NCBI GenBank assembly: GCA_013265495.1
Contig: MU058221.1
Location: 5,812,066 to 5,876,065, forward strand
Reading direction: 5' to 3'
Length of the DNA stretch: 64,000 nucleotides
Source of the DNA: Vicugna vicugna
Lineage: Eukaryota
Part shown: positions 26,593 through 40,060 of the stretch, piece after piece
Layout: the number at the start of each line of letters is the position of its first letter
Position numbering within the stretch: the first letter of the stretch is position 1
Notes under the pieces: generated by a model
The model's database searches: none
The model's input: the letters and a program-made list of their open reading frames with translations, nothing else
Told to the model about the DNA's origin: nothing
Translations under genes and position numbers: made by a program

Positions 26593-27611
26593 CCTCCCCT
26601 GCGTCTTCTCTCTTTTCAGAGAGCTCAGAACACGAAAAAGAGGACGGCAGACGGGGGAGTGTGTATTTACAGCAGCCTGGGCGAGGGCACCAGCTCCGCG
26701 TGTGGTCCGGCGCCCGCCGCCGTCACCGTGGGGACATCCCCGGCCGCGAGGCAGGTGAATCTGGGGATTTGTGCGGGGGTGAGCAAAAGACCAGGAGGGG
26801 CAGAGACGCAGAGCCTCGCGCGGGCCCTTCCAGTCCAGAGGCGAGAAAAATAAAGGGAAAAAACTAAAATAAAACCATCAGTTAGACCCCGAAAGGACAG
26901 AGGCGCGGGGAGAGCCCGCGGGGAAGAACAAAATGAGGGCCGCTTCCCCAGGCGGGGGTCACCGACCGAGGAGGCGGGGTCGGCCTTCCAGCACCGTAAT
27001 CTCAAGAAGGTAGGGGGGAGGCCCCCCAAATCATTCAGATCCACAAAGGAGGCGGGCGCCGGGCTGCAGGCCGGGGCCGCACGGGCGGCGGGCCCGGGAG
27101 GCGGTTGGGGCCGGCCGGGCTCCCGCGGCGGCGGTCAGGAGGGCGCGGCGATCGGCGGGGCCAGGCCCGGGGCCCAGCGCGGGGAGGAGCTGCCGCTGCA
27201 GCGCCGCGCCCGGCGCCCAGGCCCCAGGCCACACCGGCCGCCCAGGCTCCGCGAGAAGCGCGGCGGGCACGGCAGCGGCGACGGCGGCTCCAGGTTCGCT
27301 CGGGCCGGCGGGCGGCGCCTTTCAGGCGGGCGGGCACCTCGGCCCGGCCCGGCCCGGGAGGGGGCGTCGCAGTCTCTGCAGAGGGAAATGGGGCGCGTGG
27401 GGCGACGGTCCCGGAGAAAAAAAGCAAAAATAGGCCCGAGACGGCTCCCCGGGGCAGCTGTCGGGCCGCCTCCCGCTCACGCAGCGCCCGCCCCGCTCAG
27501 ATGGGCGGCGCGGACCCCGGCCGCCGTCCCCTACGCCCCCGCCACCTCGCGAGGCCGCGGCCGCCGCCTCCGGAGCAGAGAAGCAGGAGAGGACGCGGCC
27601 CAAGCCGAGAC

Positions 27612-27657
27612 NNNNNNNNNNNNNNNNNNNNNNNNNNNNNNNNNNNNNNNNNNNNNN
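27612..27657. other. Assembly gap (46 N)
   Basis: N run. Confidence 0.99.
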
Positions 27658-30299
27658 GAGAAGCAGCAGCGGACGCGGCCCAAGCCGAGACCTAACAACT
27701 GACGTAGGAGGAGGGGCGGGGCCTGGGGCGGGGAGGGGGCGGGGCCGCGGGGGCGCGCCCGCCCGCGGAGGCGGGGAAAGGGGGTGCAGAGAAGGAGCGG
27801 GGAAGCCAGGCCAGGGGGCGGGAAAGCAGCGCGGAGCAGCAGCCTTGACGTGTGCCTTCCTAAGAGCTCCCAAAGTTGCCTCTCCAATGTCTTCTCTTTC
27901 TTTCTTTCCTTTTGCCCTGCAGATGTTTAGCAGTTGATTTTGTCTGAGGGTTGGACTTCGGGACTGTGTCACTGTGCATTTTTTGTAAAAATAAGGTAGT
28001 TAATTATCCTCTTAAAATAGGAACAAATAGAAGAGTACATTTATACTAGGTCCTAGTGAACCGGGAAAACGTTGGCACGGTTGGTTTGAGGTGGTAGAAG
28101 GTGAAACCCAGAAAACAGTGATTTTCATCTTCAGATGAGAATGTAGTAGTTTTTTGCACATATGTGTTGGAGGAGGATTGGCCAAAAGGGGAGTTAGAAC
28201 TAGGCCCAGTTACCCCTGCCTGTTACAATCCACTCCCCCACCCCCGCCGCCCCCCACCGCTGGTTCAGTCTCAGGGTTACAAGCCAGGTGTTGAAGCGCT
28301 GAGTTCCCAGGCCAAAGGTTGTTGAGTGTGGACATGTCCCAGTGCAAAGTTTATGTGTGTTTTCTTTCGTTGCCCTCCTTGAGTGTGGCACTGCCAGGAA
28401 GAGGAACTTGTATGAAATCAGTAAGCTGGGCAGGTACGCAGTTCTGGGTTCTGTATTTGTTTAACCCCAATAGAGCTCCCCTTGGTGTCAACCTCTGTGC
28501 CAGTCTTGAGGGAGAAGAGGGTTGCATGTATCAAATAAACAGGGCTGGCTTCTACCAACCTGATGAAGAAGGAAAAGATGCAGGAGTTACAAGAGAACCG
28601 TTAGCTATTGTGCAAAACTGTCAAACGTCCTGAACTAGGGGTGAAAATTGTAGAAAAAATGGAGGGGTGGTGGTGATCCTCGATCTTGGAGCAAATGAGA
28701 AATGGAAAGCAAAGACTGGACCGTGAGAAGGTAGCCCCAGAATGGTACCCCTTTAAAATAAAGCAAGCAAAGGCATTTCAGTGTCCAGCTATGGAGGAGG
28801 CCTCAGGAGGGACAGGCCCATGGGGTCAGGCTCATGGGGACAGGGAGAAGGAGTCAGAGGGGGAGGTGTAGGAATGTACAATAAGCTCTTGGCCTCTGCT
28901 TCTGGTCTTAAGTAGTTTCAATGTGGCTTTGTTTCCATGGCTGGCAGATCAATGTGAGAGACTGTATTAAACAGTTCGTTCTAACTGGCTTGGTTCTGAA
29001 ATTTCAGAATCCTTGGGCGTGTCACAGTGATGCTGTTACTGGGTGATATTGCTGTCTAAACCTTGACATATACAGTGAAGTCCTTCACCTCAAAGAAATG
29101 TACTTCCTGGTGAGGGAAGACGTGACTGAAACTCAAATACTAGTATAAAAAAGGGGCAGATGGGGAAAATTGGAGTATGAGTTGGGGATGGAACCAACCA
29201 GGTCAGAGTTTCAAATTGGAAAAATATTAGAGAGTGGAAGAGACTGGAAAGAAATTATTAAAGAACTTTTTGATGTTTCTTATTTGTTTCAACTGCTTCT
29301 CATCCCGACACCCTGGCCTTGTTTCCTCAAGGTTAAATTCTTAGGAAGGATAAGAGCGCTGATGAAAGATCATGGGACATAGGGGTATGGACTTTTATAT
29401 CCTCCATTGATGGGAATGTACAATATTTCAGGAGAGCAATTTACAATGTGAGTTAGAAGGCCTCCTGAAATGTATGCTCTTGGCACAGTGATCTCACTTT
29501 AGGGGATGTACCTTGAGGAAATGACAGAACGTGTGACAAAGATGCATGTGCAGAGTTTTGTTTTTGCTGTAAAGTTAATAAGAGAGAGAGAGAGACAGAG
29601 AAAACCCAAATGCCTTGCAACAGAGGATTGGTCAAATATAGTCATTAAAATGATGAACTATTAGGCAGCTATTAAAAAGAAAGAGACACAAGGTTATGGA
29701 CATGAAACTGTGTCCCAAATACAGTGCTTGGGGGAAAAAACAGGTAACTGAGAAGTTCGTATGCTAGGATCCTATTTTTGTATTTGTATTAGAAAAAGGG
29801 AGTGTATTAGAAAAATACACTAAAATATTAACCGTATGCATCTTTAGGTGATGAGATTTCGATGATTTAAATTTTTTTCTCTTGTGCTTTATCTCTATTC
29901 TTTTTCCAAAATAATCATATATTGCTTTTGTTGTTTAAAGATGTGTTTTAAAAAATAAAACAACCACTAGGACGGCTTCCCTGGTCTGGAGCTTTAACAG
30001 CAGGGCTTCATCCTCCGGGCCTCCGAGGGAGGTGCGGGCTGTCCTCCCAGGAGGATGACTTCAGTTTCCGCTATGCCTAACTGGGCAGATTAATTAGAAT
30101 TTCTGTTCAAAGACCAGGAAGACAAAAGGATGTTTAAATTATTTATTGTTTTTCATAATCTGTTTTTCTAACGACAAGGCTGTTAACCTGGGCTCTCAAG
30201 TTCACATCTCAGATTCTGTTCATTCATGGGATGGCTGAGATGCCTTATCGTTTGATACGGAGGCAAAAGCAAGGGAACCATAATTAGAGTGCCTGGTCC

Positions 30300-30450
30300 A
30301 GTGTAGGCTAGTATCTTACCAGCTGCGTCACCTTGTTAAGAAGTCACAAAACCTCCCTGAACCTCATTTTTATCACCTATAAAATGGGGTTGGATGTTTA
30401 CCCTCACGAAGCCGTTGTAAGAATTAAATGAGGTAATGAATATAGCAGCT
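30300..30450 (+). mobile_element. MIR
   Basis: acctccctgaacctcatttttatcacctataaaatgggg...gttgtaagaattaaatgaggtaat. Confidence 0.7.
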
Positions 30451-31699
30451 ATCTAACCACATTTTTTTTTTTTCCTGTGAGAAAATCAGACTTGCGGGAG
30501 TGCCTTATCCAGGAATGTCCCCTGCTGTGATCGCGAAACAGACATACTGCTTGTATTCAGTTTAAAATAATTAATTTTAGAGGAAAAGAAAAATCAATGT
30601 TTTTGGTTGAGCTGGATGAAAAGAGGTTATTTAATTTAGGGTCCAAAGAGCCCTCTCTTTTTATTTTATTTTATTTTCTTTAGTATTATATTACCCATAT
30701 CAAATAATGCTTCAAGACTTCAAAATTGGGACAATTTTGAGAGTGAAAGGGGCAGTGGTAACAAAATGATACCCGACTATCAGGGATAAAGTGGAGACTG
30801 TCCCAGACAAACCCTACTCATAAAAAAGCAGGCTTATTCATATCCACTTGATCCCCACTACCTTCGATACCCTCAGAGGTAACTGCCTTCAGTACTAGTA
30901 AGCATTTTTTCTCATGTTTATCTATTTCCAAATAACAGGTTTCTACTGCTCTTCTTGATGTTTCCACTTTATACATTATCTATTGATTTCTTACCACAGA
31001 AGATGAGGAATGATCACTTTTATATCCTCCATTCACACACCATTTCCCTCCCTTCATTCCCAATGGGATTATAATATATATTCATTTTTATATTAATATG
31101 TCCATATAAATCTTGTTCATGGACTGAATCACATCATTTATATTTCCTTTCTTGGGCAATTGTTCATTTTTCCTGGAGTTAATAATTAACTCAAATTTGG
31201 GTTTGTTCTATTTTCTAGGGCCCTGTCCACTTATTCATTCCCGGAATCTCTGTCTGAACGATCAAACTAGACAAATGGCTAATCTGTCAATTGCATGTTT
31301 TATTGGAAATAAACCTTCTGTCTTGGTCCTCCTGCTCCAGGTTAGACTGTTTACTCTCTAGACCGACTAGGCAACTGTCATTCCAGGATTACCCTTCACT
31401 TCTCTTCTATGTTGGATTCTGTTTTTTTGATCGCATGGTTACACTTTGTCCACTTCTTTGTTTGCATGGAACACACCTCATACTACAGTGATTTAGTAAG
31501 ACAGTAGACATGGAGATAAACTTTGGAGAATTTACACACCTAAAAATTCCTTTATTCTCCTCTCGTTTTTTTTTTTTTCCAAACTTAAAGACTTGGAAGA
31601 GTATTGCTAACACCTCCTTAGTACCCTTTACCAATTCACCAATGGTTAACACTTCTGCTTTGCTTGATTTCTCATGTCTTTTCTCTAATTTGAATATGC

Positions 31700-33050
31700 C
31701 TTTTTTTCTTAAACCATTTAAGAGTTAGCTGTGGTTACTCTTCCTATTTGAATAATAGTCTGGCCAAGTATAGACTTCTAAATTAGAAATCATTTCCCCT
31801 CAGAATTTTGAAGGCCTTGATCCACAGTCTTCCAGCTTCTGTTTTGACTTGACTGTTCTCTCTATAATTTCTCTGGCCCTTCTTTTCATCCTTGGTGTTC
31901 TGAGGTTTTATGGTCATATGCATTAGTGCAAGTCTCCTCTCCTTCATTGTGTTGAGTGCCCAGTGGGCCCTTTCAATATGGCAACTCATGACCTTGGTTC
32001 TGGGAAATTCTTTAATAACTTCTTCTATCCATTTTCTCATTTTTCTGGAACTCCAATTAGTGAGATAATGAAACTCCTAAATTAATCCTGTAATTTTATT
32101 CACTCCAATTTTCCTCTCTTTGCTCTTTGTTCTGCTTTTCTGGCGATTTCTTCAGATTTATCTTTCACCTATTCTAGTGGATTCTTAACTTTGTCTATCA
32201 TATTTTTAATTTTCAAAAGCTCTTTTTTGTCACGGGGACGTGCCTTTTCTCTAGCACCTCCTGCTTTGCAATATGGTCTCACATCTCTCTGAAGATATTA
32301 CTTAATAGTGGCTTTCCCCCTGTTTCTTCTGCTCTTTAGATCTGGGTTCATTTTCTTTTTGTTTGTTTTGGACTTCATTGTTCACGTTAGGAGCTCACTT
32401 TATCTACCTGGTAATATTTGGGTCTCTCCTTGTTCATAAGTTCATAAAAGTGAGGCACGAGAAAGCTCGTTGGAAGTTCTCTGTGACTTAGTGGGGCTCA
32501 CTTAGTGTGAATAATGGTCAGAGCCCAGCTATTTCACTAGAAGAATCTATAAGTCTTTTCTCTTAGGCTGTTTGCTTTCTTCAGAGAGGAATCCTGCCTG
32601 GGAAGTTCAAGTGTCACTGTCAGCGTCCTGGGACTGACTGAGAGAAGGAGGCTGGGGAGTATCAAGTCCCAGCCATTAGGCTTGAACTTAATATCACAGT
32701 TTTCCATAGGGTTCCTCACCTCCCTCACATAGCTATGCCTGTATTTCCAAGTCCAGAGCCTCTCTGTTCACTTCCAAAGGTAAACCTCCCGTTTTCGTCT
32801 AGGCTGGGAGAGGGGAAAAGTGCCTGGCTGCACCGGGTCCAACCGTATCTTATGAAACTTTTAGCAACTCCTCCAATTTTGAGCCCCACCCACCACCCTG
32901 GGCTTCCAAAGTGTTGTGCTTCCAATTTCTGCTCTTTTCCTGGGTTCTCTGGCACCCAGGCGGAGCCAGTGTCACAGATCCATCACACTATTTCCAGGAG
33001 TGTAGACATACCAGCTTGTAGTTAAGTTGGCTAAGTGACTGAATTACGGC
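31700..33050 (-). mobile_element. Old L1/HAL1 fragment with decayed ORF1-like frame (31783-32040)
   Basis: EEVIKEFP...IERAHWAL...IKPQNTKDEKK resembles L1 ORF1p. Confidence 0.6.
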
Positions 33051-34675
33051 CAGTGGGAGTGGAGCGGAAGTGATGCGCACCCCCTTGCAGACCTGGCCTC
33101 ATAAACAGCCTTGAGCCCTCCCCAGACTGGGTGGCCAGGGAGACGGGTGGCCCAGAGAACAGCCTTGGGACTTTTGCCCTGGGACTCCTATCTTCTGCCT
33201 CTACTTTTTGACCATAGAGCTCTCTGCATTCAAGACACAGTGAATTCCACACAGTCAGAGGTGCAAAGGTGGGGTTCACAGGAACCTCAGACTGGTAGAC
33301 GAGGAGCAGAGGAAAAGGAATGCTAATATGTGTTACTTTACTTGCTGGTGGGGCAAAGAGAGAGGCAGATAAAGGCAAATTAGATAACCCCATTTTCTTC
33401 ACTTTGCTCTCTGACTCCTTTATCAAGAACACAATTTGGTTAAAAAAAAAAAAGTAAAAATGGCTAGAAATGATGGGAAAAAACAAGGGTAGGGGGAGAA
33501 ATCTAAGTCCTGGGTAGACTGAGTAGATGGATTGGGTCGGTTTGTCACTGTATGTCTGGTTGATTCACCCAGTGAAGCATGGATCTGAGGCAGGTAAGGG
33601 AGCAATTCCACGTCTCGTCTGTGTCTGGCATGTAAACATATTTGATATTTCTTATTTCAGGGACATAAATGCTCATCCTTAGTAACTAATAATAAAAAAA
33701 AATGATACAGGTAGAGCAGCTTACCCTTCAGCAATTTCTCCTGGGGGCTCTTTGTCAGAGACACACGGTTGTGAGGTAATGCCAGGCACCCCCTGAAACT
33801 TACTGTCCCCCGGCTCCTCCCCTTTCTGCCCATAGATCGTCTGCCCTTTCCAGACCCTCTACCCTCACACTTCCCACCCTTGCACAAGCCCCCTTCCTGA
33901 GCAATCTCCTAAACAATTTAACAGAGTTAACTAAAAATTTATAGGATCTATTTCTTTATTATCTGACTAATTGATTTACATTTCGAAAGTTTATTACTGG
34001 ACAGTGTACAATGATATACTTTATAGCTGACTTGAATATGGCATTTATGGTCATTAAAAGAGACTTAAGACCAAGCCCCAGGCACGGAGCTACCTAACTA
34101 CATTTTTTTTCTGTGAGGAAATCAAACTTGCCTGAGTGCCTTCTCCAGGCACATCCCCCACTGTGGTTGTGAGAACTACCCATCCAGTCCTGTCTCTGTG
34201 GAGATGACCCTGTTGACTGAGTGTCACCACAGCGTTGATACCAAATTGTGTTTTCCAGTGCACCAGGCCAGTCTCTGCAGGAATGAGCAAAGACCCAAAG
34301 CAGTATTCAGAGACTCGTTTGGCACTCAAGCTGGAACCTTCAAAAGGAGGAACCTCTTTTCACCAGAGACATACCTGCAGAATGTGGCTTTCAGCAAAGC
34401 TGAGACGAACACACCCTGGGGCGGCTCAGCTTTGCATGCTGTCATCCATTTAATACACAGCCCTTCTCCTCTGGTCAGCCGGCCAGCCCGAGCTCTCGTC
34501 TTCCAACTTCCCACAGCAGGAACAGCAAGCCTCAGGACTCTGTACAAACGCCTTGAAGACAAAGGTAAATAAGGGTGGAGTAAGCAAATAATAATTCACC
34601 CTTCCTCCTAGAGTAAACTGTTCCTCCTCTGACCACCTGAAGCTACAAGGACATATGGTGTGACCACGGGGCAGT

Positions 34676-35480
34676 AGGACGTTGCTACAGGGTCTTCCCG
34701 CCCAGGACAAAATGAAAATGCAAGCCCCTTGTTCAAAAAGCAGGAAAAAAGTGCCATGAGAGGTACTATATAAAGCTTTTTCTTTCTCCCCCCACCCCGC
34801 ACTCTCTGGACGTGTTAACTGGTATTTTTAAATTTGCAATTTAATAGAATTCTCCCTTGGACAGGGGACACTCACAGGACAAGTGCAGGTCCTCACAGGC
34901 ACCTGGACCCCCTCCCTCCAGCTGCAGACCCTGCAACAGATGGTGGGGCCTGAAAAGGACTCCAACCTCAGCACCAGGACATGCTTATACCTAGATTGGG
35001 GGTGGGCAAGAGGCCTGTCCCCAGCAAGTCACCCCCCAAACATCTGTCATGTTGCCAACCCCAGCAGAGACAGCTGCTGCCACTCATGCCTTGCCACGTG
35101 GGACCTGGGATGTGTGTGCCCGACCCCAACACTCTGCGGACCTGCGCTGAGGGCCCCACTGTAGGCAGAGGGCGACAGCAGAAGATGGAAACGCCCCTCA
35201 GTGGGAAGGGCAGTCATGGAGAGGGTGAGGCTGGGCAGGGGCCCTGGGTGCCAGGAACGGAGGGCCGGCTGCCAGGAGGTGGGGGGTTGACAGCAGGCAG
35301 ACCGTGCATGAGCTGAAGGCTCCAAGGCCTTGGCACCTGCTCCAGTGTTGATCAGACTTCACTTGTTATGTAGAATTTCACATTGTCAACTGCGGAGCAT
35401 TAAACTCCAAGTGCCTGCAGGGTCCCTCCGAACCTGGGCTTCTGAGCCACCGCTCTGTTCACACACCCAGGAAGCCTGTT
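34676..35480 (-). mobile_element. MER45-family hAT-Tip100 element
   Basis: caaaatgaaaatgcaagccccttgttcaaaaa at one end and gcggagcattaaac...ca at the other. Confidence 0.6.
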
Positions 35481-36219
35481 GGGTGGGACAGAATGATTGA
35501 AATCAGTGAAAGTCCAGAAAATTCTTTATTTTTCAATCACATTCGTGGCATTTCTTATAGGCTGCTGCCCATGGTTTTACTTCCTTGCGTAAACTGGCTT
35601 CCCTTCCCAGGTGCCACTTGCAAGGCTGAGTTCCTACTCTCACCAGCTGTTCTCTGGCATGTTCCAGCCCCTCTCTAAGCTTATCTGAAAAACAGAAATA
35701 AAACAATGATCTCATAAGATTGTTGTGAGGACTCAGTGAGGTAAAGCTGACAAGGCTCTAAGCCCAGTGACTGGCACGTGTTTTGTACAAATGGACACAC
35801 ACGTATATGTGTGTCTACCCACACACACTGATGCCCATACATCTCTGCTGTGACATGTAGGGACAGTACCAGAGCACACAGAAGGTACTTAATAAGTCTA
35901 ATTATTTTTGGACAAAAGAACACAGTTAGTAGGAACATTTTTTAAACGTCAAGCTGGCTAATGAAAGCTTTAGGCGAAATGCAATGCAAATATAATGTGC
36001 TTATTTAAAGAAGAAAGCAAAAAAGCATTTAAAAAATTCAAATCTGTGTTGGTAGGATAATTTAGAAAGTAAGAGCAATTGAATTAAGGAGACTTAGAAA
36101 AAAATGAATGAAGTCCTATCCTGAAAAACCTTGATGAATTTGATTTCAGAATGAAAATAGGCCTTGTAAGGAAAGGTGAAAGAGGTTGGAGCTGGTGAGC
36201 ATGGAGAAGAGAAGGATAA

Positions 36220-37112
36220 GACAAAAATGGGCAGAAGGCCTAAATAGAAGTTGCTCCTGTGAAGACACACAGATGGCCAGCAGGCCCACGAAAAGATGCT
36301 CAATACCGCTAATCATCAGACAAGCGCAAATTGGAACGACAGTGAGGTATGTCACACCAGTCAGAATGGCCATCGTTCAAAAGTCCACGAACGATAAATG
36401 CTGCAGAGGCTGTGGAGAAAAGGGAGCCTGCCTACACTGTTGGTGGGGATGTAATTTGGTGCAGCCACTACAGAAAACAGTATGGAGAGCCCTTTAAAAA
36501 ACTAAAAATAGACTTACCATATGATCCAGCAATCCCACTCCTGGGCATATACCCAGAGGAAGCTCTAATTCAAAAAGATACATGCACCCCAGTGTTCACA
36601 GTGGCACTATTTACAATAGCCAGATATGGGACCAACCGAAATGTCCTTTGACAGATGACTGGATAAAGAAGATGTGGTATATACATGCAATGGAATACCA
36701 CCCGGGCATGAAATAATGCCATTGGCAGCAACATGGATGGACCTACAGTTCATTATATTAAGTGAAGTAAGTCAGACAGAGAAAGACAAATAAACACATA
36801 TATATATATCACCTATATGTGGAATCTAAAAAATAATACAGATGAATCTATCTACAAAACAGAAACAGACTCACAGACATAGAAAACAAAAAACTTGTGG
36901 TTGCCAAAGGAGAAGGGGAAGAGGAGCTTGGGATTTGCAGATACAAACTACTATACATAAAATAGATAAACAACAAGGTCCTACTGTACAGCATAGGGAA
37001 CTATATTCAATACCTTGTAATAACCTATAATGAAAAAGAATATATATGCGTAACTGAACAAGTATGCTGCATACCAGAAACTAACACAGTAAATCAACTA
37101 CAATTAAGAAAA
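36220..37112 (+). mobile_element. L1 ORF2 C-terminus plus 3' UTR
   Basis: Frameshifted ORF2 peptide KKLKIDLPYDPAIPLLGIYP...TCTPVFTVALFTIA. Confidence 0.9.
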
Positions 37113-38439
37113 GGATGAGAGAGAACTTTAAAACAGCAATATTGCTTTCAATTAAAAATAAATATTTTGTTATAAAAGTAGTACATGTTTATTGTAGAAA
37201 ACATAGAATCTAGGCATTATCAAAAAGAAGAAAATCTGCAACATGCGCAACCCCACTATCCTCACACAAGTTTGTACCAATTGATTATCCTACTGTAAAT
37301 ACAGGTTTGGATACCCTCGATCGTGATGGGCATCTTCAGTTTTAAAAATATTCGCCAATTTTACAGCTGAAATGGCATCTCATTGCTATTTTGATTTAAA
37401 TTACTTCTTTGAATAATAAACTACACCTTGTGTGTTTATTGTTCATATATATTTTTATTTTGTGAATTGCCTGTGTCTTTAGGCCATTTTTAATTAAGAT
37501 GTATATACAGTCGACAGAGCATTCCTACATGTTCTTTGATAGGCCTGCCAGGCGTGAGGTAGGGGCCGTATTCACACAATCTGCCATGTTGCTAAACAAA
37601 GTAAAATGTTTGTCTTTTTTTACACAGTGACGTGCAAGTGTTTTTTGTAGTTAAGGATGCCAACCTTTTCCTGTGATATAGCACTTTTGCTTTAATATTT
37701 TTGACCAATTCATTAGAGTGACTGATAAGGACAGAACAAAAGGAAATCAGTTTAAATTAAAAAAAACTTATTTTAGTTGGGTATGAGAAACAATTTCTTG
37801 ATGATGAAGAGAGTAAGTGCAGGAAAAGGAATTTGTCATTATGGAATCTCTGACCCTCTGTCTTTCTTCTACAATTGACATTAAACTTAACTGGTTAGGA
37901 GCCAGAAGCTAGACCAAATGGCTGTTCACGTTTTCTCCTAGTTCTATTTATTTTTCTAGATTCTAGGAAGCACTAATTTCAAAATTAGTAGGGAAGGGTC
38001 GGGGTTGCATGGCTAATTTGACTGAATGTGTGTTCCTCACTGTTGTAAGCAGAACAGCTGAATCTTTGCAGGACTTTTGAGTAAGAGCTGCTAAGTCTGC
38101 TGTTGTTCAGTGGTTCTACAAATGAGTGTGAATTCTGTTATGGAACAAATGGGACCAGTGTTCCATTTATAAACATCCAGTATGCTTACTGCTGAGGGTG
38201 GTACTCGTTAGGATTATACACAAATATTCAACTCTCTCCTTCCAGGCATGTGGTAAGAATGCACTTTCCTGCCCCCCCTGGAGTTAGGTGAGGACATAGG
38301 GCTTTCAATGGCCAATGAAACATGACAGGAAGTGACAGTTTCAGTTCTGGGGCCAAATTAAAAAAAAGTTTTATATGTGGTTTATTATATTTTCAATTAT
38401 ACAGATAAAACTTATATGTATATAAACTTTACTAAAGTA

Positions 38440-40060
38440 TACATATAAGGTTTATAATAACCTGCATATGTTTAAAGTATATCATTTTTGTATGTGTATA
38501 CACCTATGAAATCATCACTATAATCTATAGTGGAAATATCTATCACCTCCAAAAGTTTTCACTTGTGCTTTTGTAATCCCTCCCTCCCACACCTCCTCAT
38601 TCCCTGTCTCCAAGCACGAATCTCCTGTCACTATAGTTTAGTTTTGAATTTTCTACAGTTTAAATCATATAGTATGTACTCCTTTATTGGCTGACTTAAT
38701 TTCATTTTGCATGGTAATTTTAAGATTCATCTATGTTGGTATATGTAGCATTGGTCCATTCTTTTTTATTGCTGAGTAGTATTCCATTTTTTGGATATGC
38801 TATTGTCTGTTTATCTGTTTACTTGTTGATGGACAGTTGAGCTGTTTCCTATTTTTGGCTGTTACAAATAAAGTTTCTGTAAACATTTGTGTATACGTTT
38901 TTACATGGTTACAAATTAATTTTTCTTGAGTGGGGTGGATCACAAGATCACTGTATTTTCAACTTCTTAAGAAACTGCCAAATTGTTTTCTGAAGTGGCT
39001 GCAATACTGACATTATTATGATAATTTCACAAGAGTTTTAGTTTCTCCACATCATCATCAACACTTGGTATGACAAGTCTTTGTAATTTTGGCCATTCTG
39101 TTAGCGAAGTGCTATTATCTTGTGGTTTTAATTTGTATTTTCCTAATGATTAACAAAGCTTAGCATTTTTTCTTATGCTTATTTGCCATCCCTATAGCTC
39201 AAGTTGTCTGTCCAAATCTTTTGCTCAGTTTTGTTTTGGTTTTTTTTTTGTTATCTTATTTTTGAGTTTTGAGAATATATATTCTAGGTACAAGTCTTTA
39301 ACCAGATATGTTTTGCAGAGATTTTTTTCACAGTCTGTCTTGTCTTTCCATTATCATGAGTGTCTTTTAAGGAGTAGAAATTTAAAAATTTTAACCAAGT
39401 CCAATTAGTCAACTTGTTCTTTTATGAATTGTGCTTTTGATGTTATATCTAAGAAATCCTTGCCTAACCCAAGGTCAAAAAGATTTACTTCTGTTTTCTT
39501 CCAAAAGTTTTATATAGATCCATGCTTTTACATTTAGGTCTATGACCCATTTTGAGTTAAATTTTGCATGGGGTGTGAGATATGGGTCTAAGTTCTTTTC
39601 TTGCATATGCATATACAATTCTTACAGCACGATTTGTTGAAAGGACTATCCTTTCTCCACTGCATTGTGCCTTTGTCAAAAACCATTTGTCCAGATATAT
39701 GTATGAGTTTATTTATGGACTTCCTACTTTGTTCTATTGATTTATTTTTCTATCCTTATGTTAATACCATACCATCTTCATTAGTGTAGTTTTATAATAA
39801 TTCTTGAAATCAAGTAGTGTTATAACTTGAAATTTCTATGTCTTTTTCAGAGCAGTTTGGCTAGTCTAGATTCTTCACATTTCTGTAAAAATTTTAGCAC
39901 ATGTGCTGCCGAAGCAGGCACCATTTCCATAAAAAATTTAGAATCAGCTTGTCAAATTTCTATAAAAAACTCAGTGGGAGTTTGATTTGAATTGCACTGA
40001 ATCTATAGATTCATCTGAGGACAGTTGACATCTTTATGATATTGACTGCAGACCCAGCTA
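38440..40060 (-). mobile_element. Old L1 fragment, flanked by MLT1 pieces (about 38205-38355 and 40065-40222)
   Basis: L1 antisense motifs (attgctgagtagtattccat, ttgatggacagttgagctgtttcc); MLT1 end gcagcaataggtaactaataca. Confidence 0.75.
39890..39921 (-). pseudogene. 3'-truncated (tailless) U6 snRNA retrocopy, U6 nt 1-32
   Basis: Minus strand GTGCCTGCTTCGGCAGCACATGTGCTAAAATT versus U6 GTGCTCGCTTCGGCAGCACATATACTAAAATT (28/32); about 20-bp flanking duplication. Confidence 0.85.

Larger units (their letters stand above)
26300..27850 (-). promoter_or_regulatory. RNF103 CpG island: long GC-rich 5' UTR and promoter with tandem GC boxes (about 27710-27780) and CRE-like TGACGT sites (27700, 27847)
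   Basis: Very high GC and CpG density; repeated GGGGCGGGG motifs upstream of exon 1. Confidence 0.85.

Noticed and set aside
27578..27691. Near-identical about 34-bp repeat on both sides of the 46-N gap
   Set aside because: Most likely overlapping contig ends (assembly artefact) rather than a real duplication
27031..27972. Several long R/P/G/A-rich ORFs over the RNF103 CpG island
   Set aside because: Expected from stop-codon scarcity in GC-rich DNA; mostly non-ATG starts, some crossing the gap
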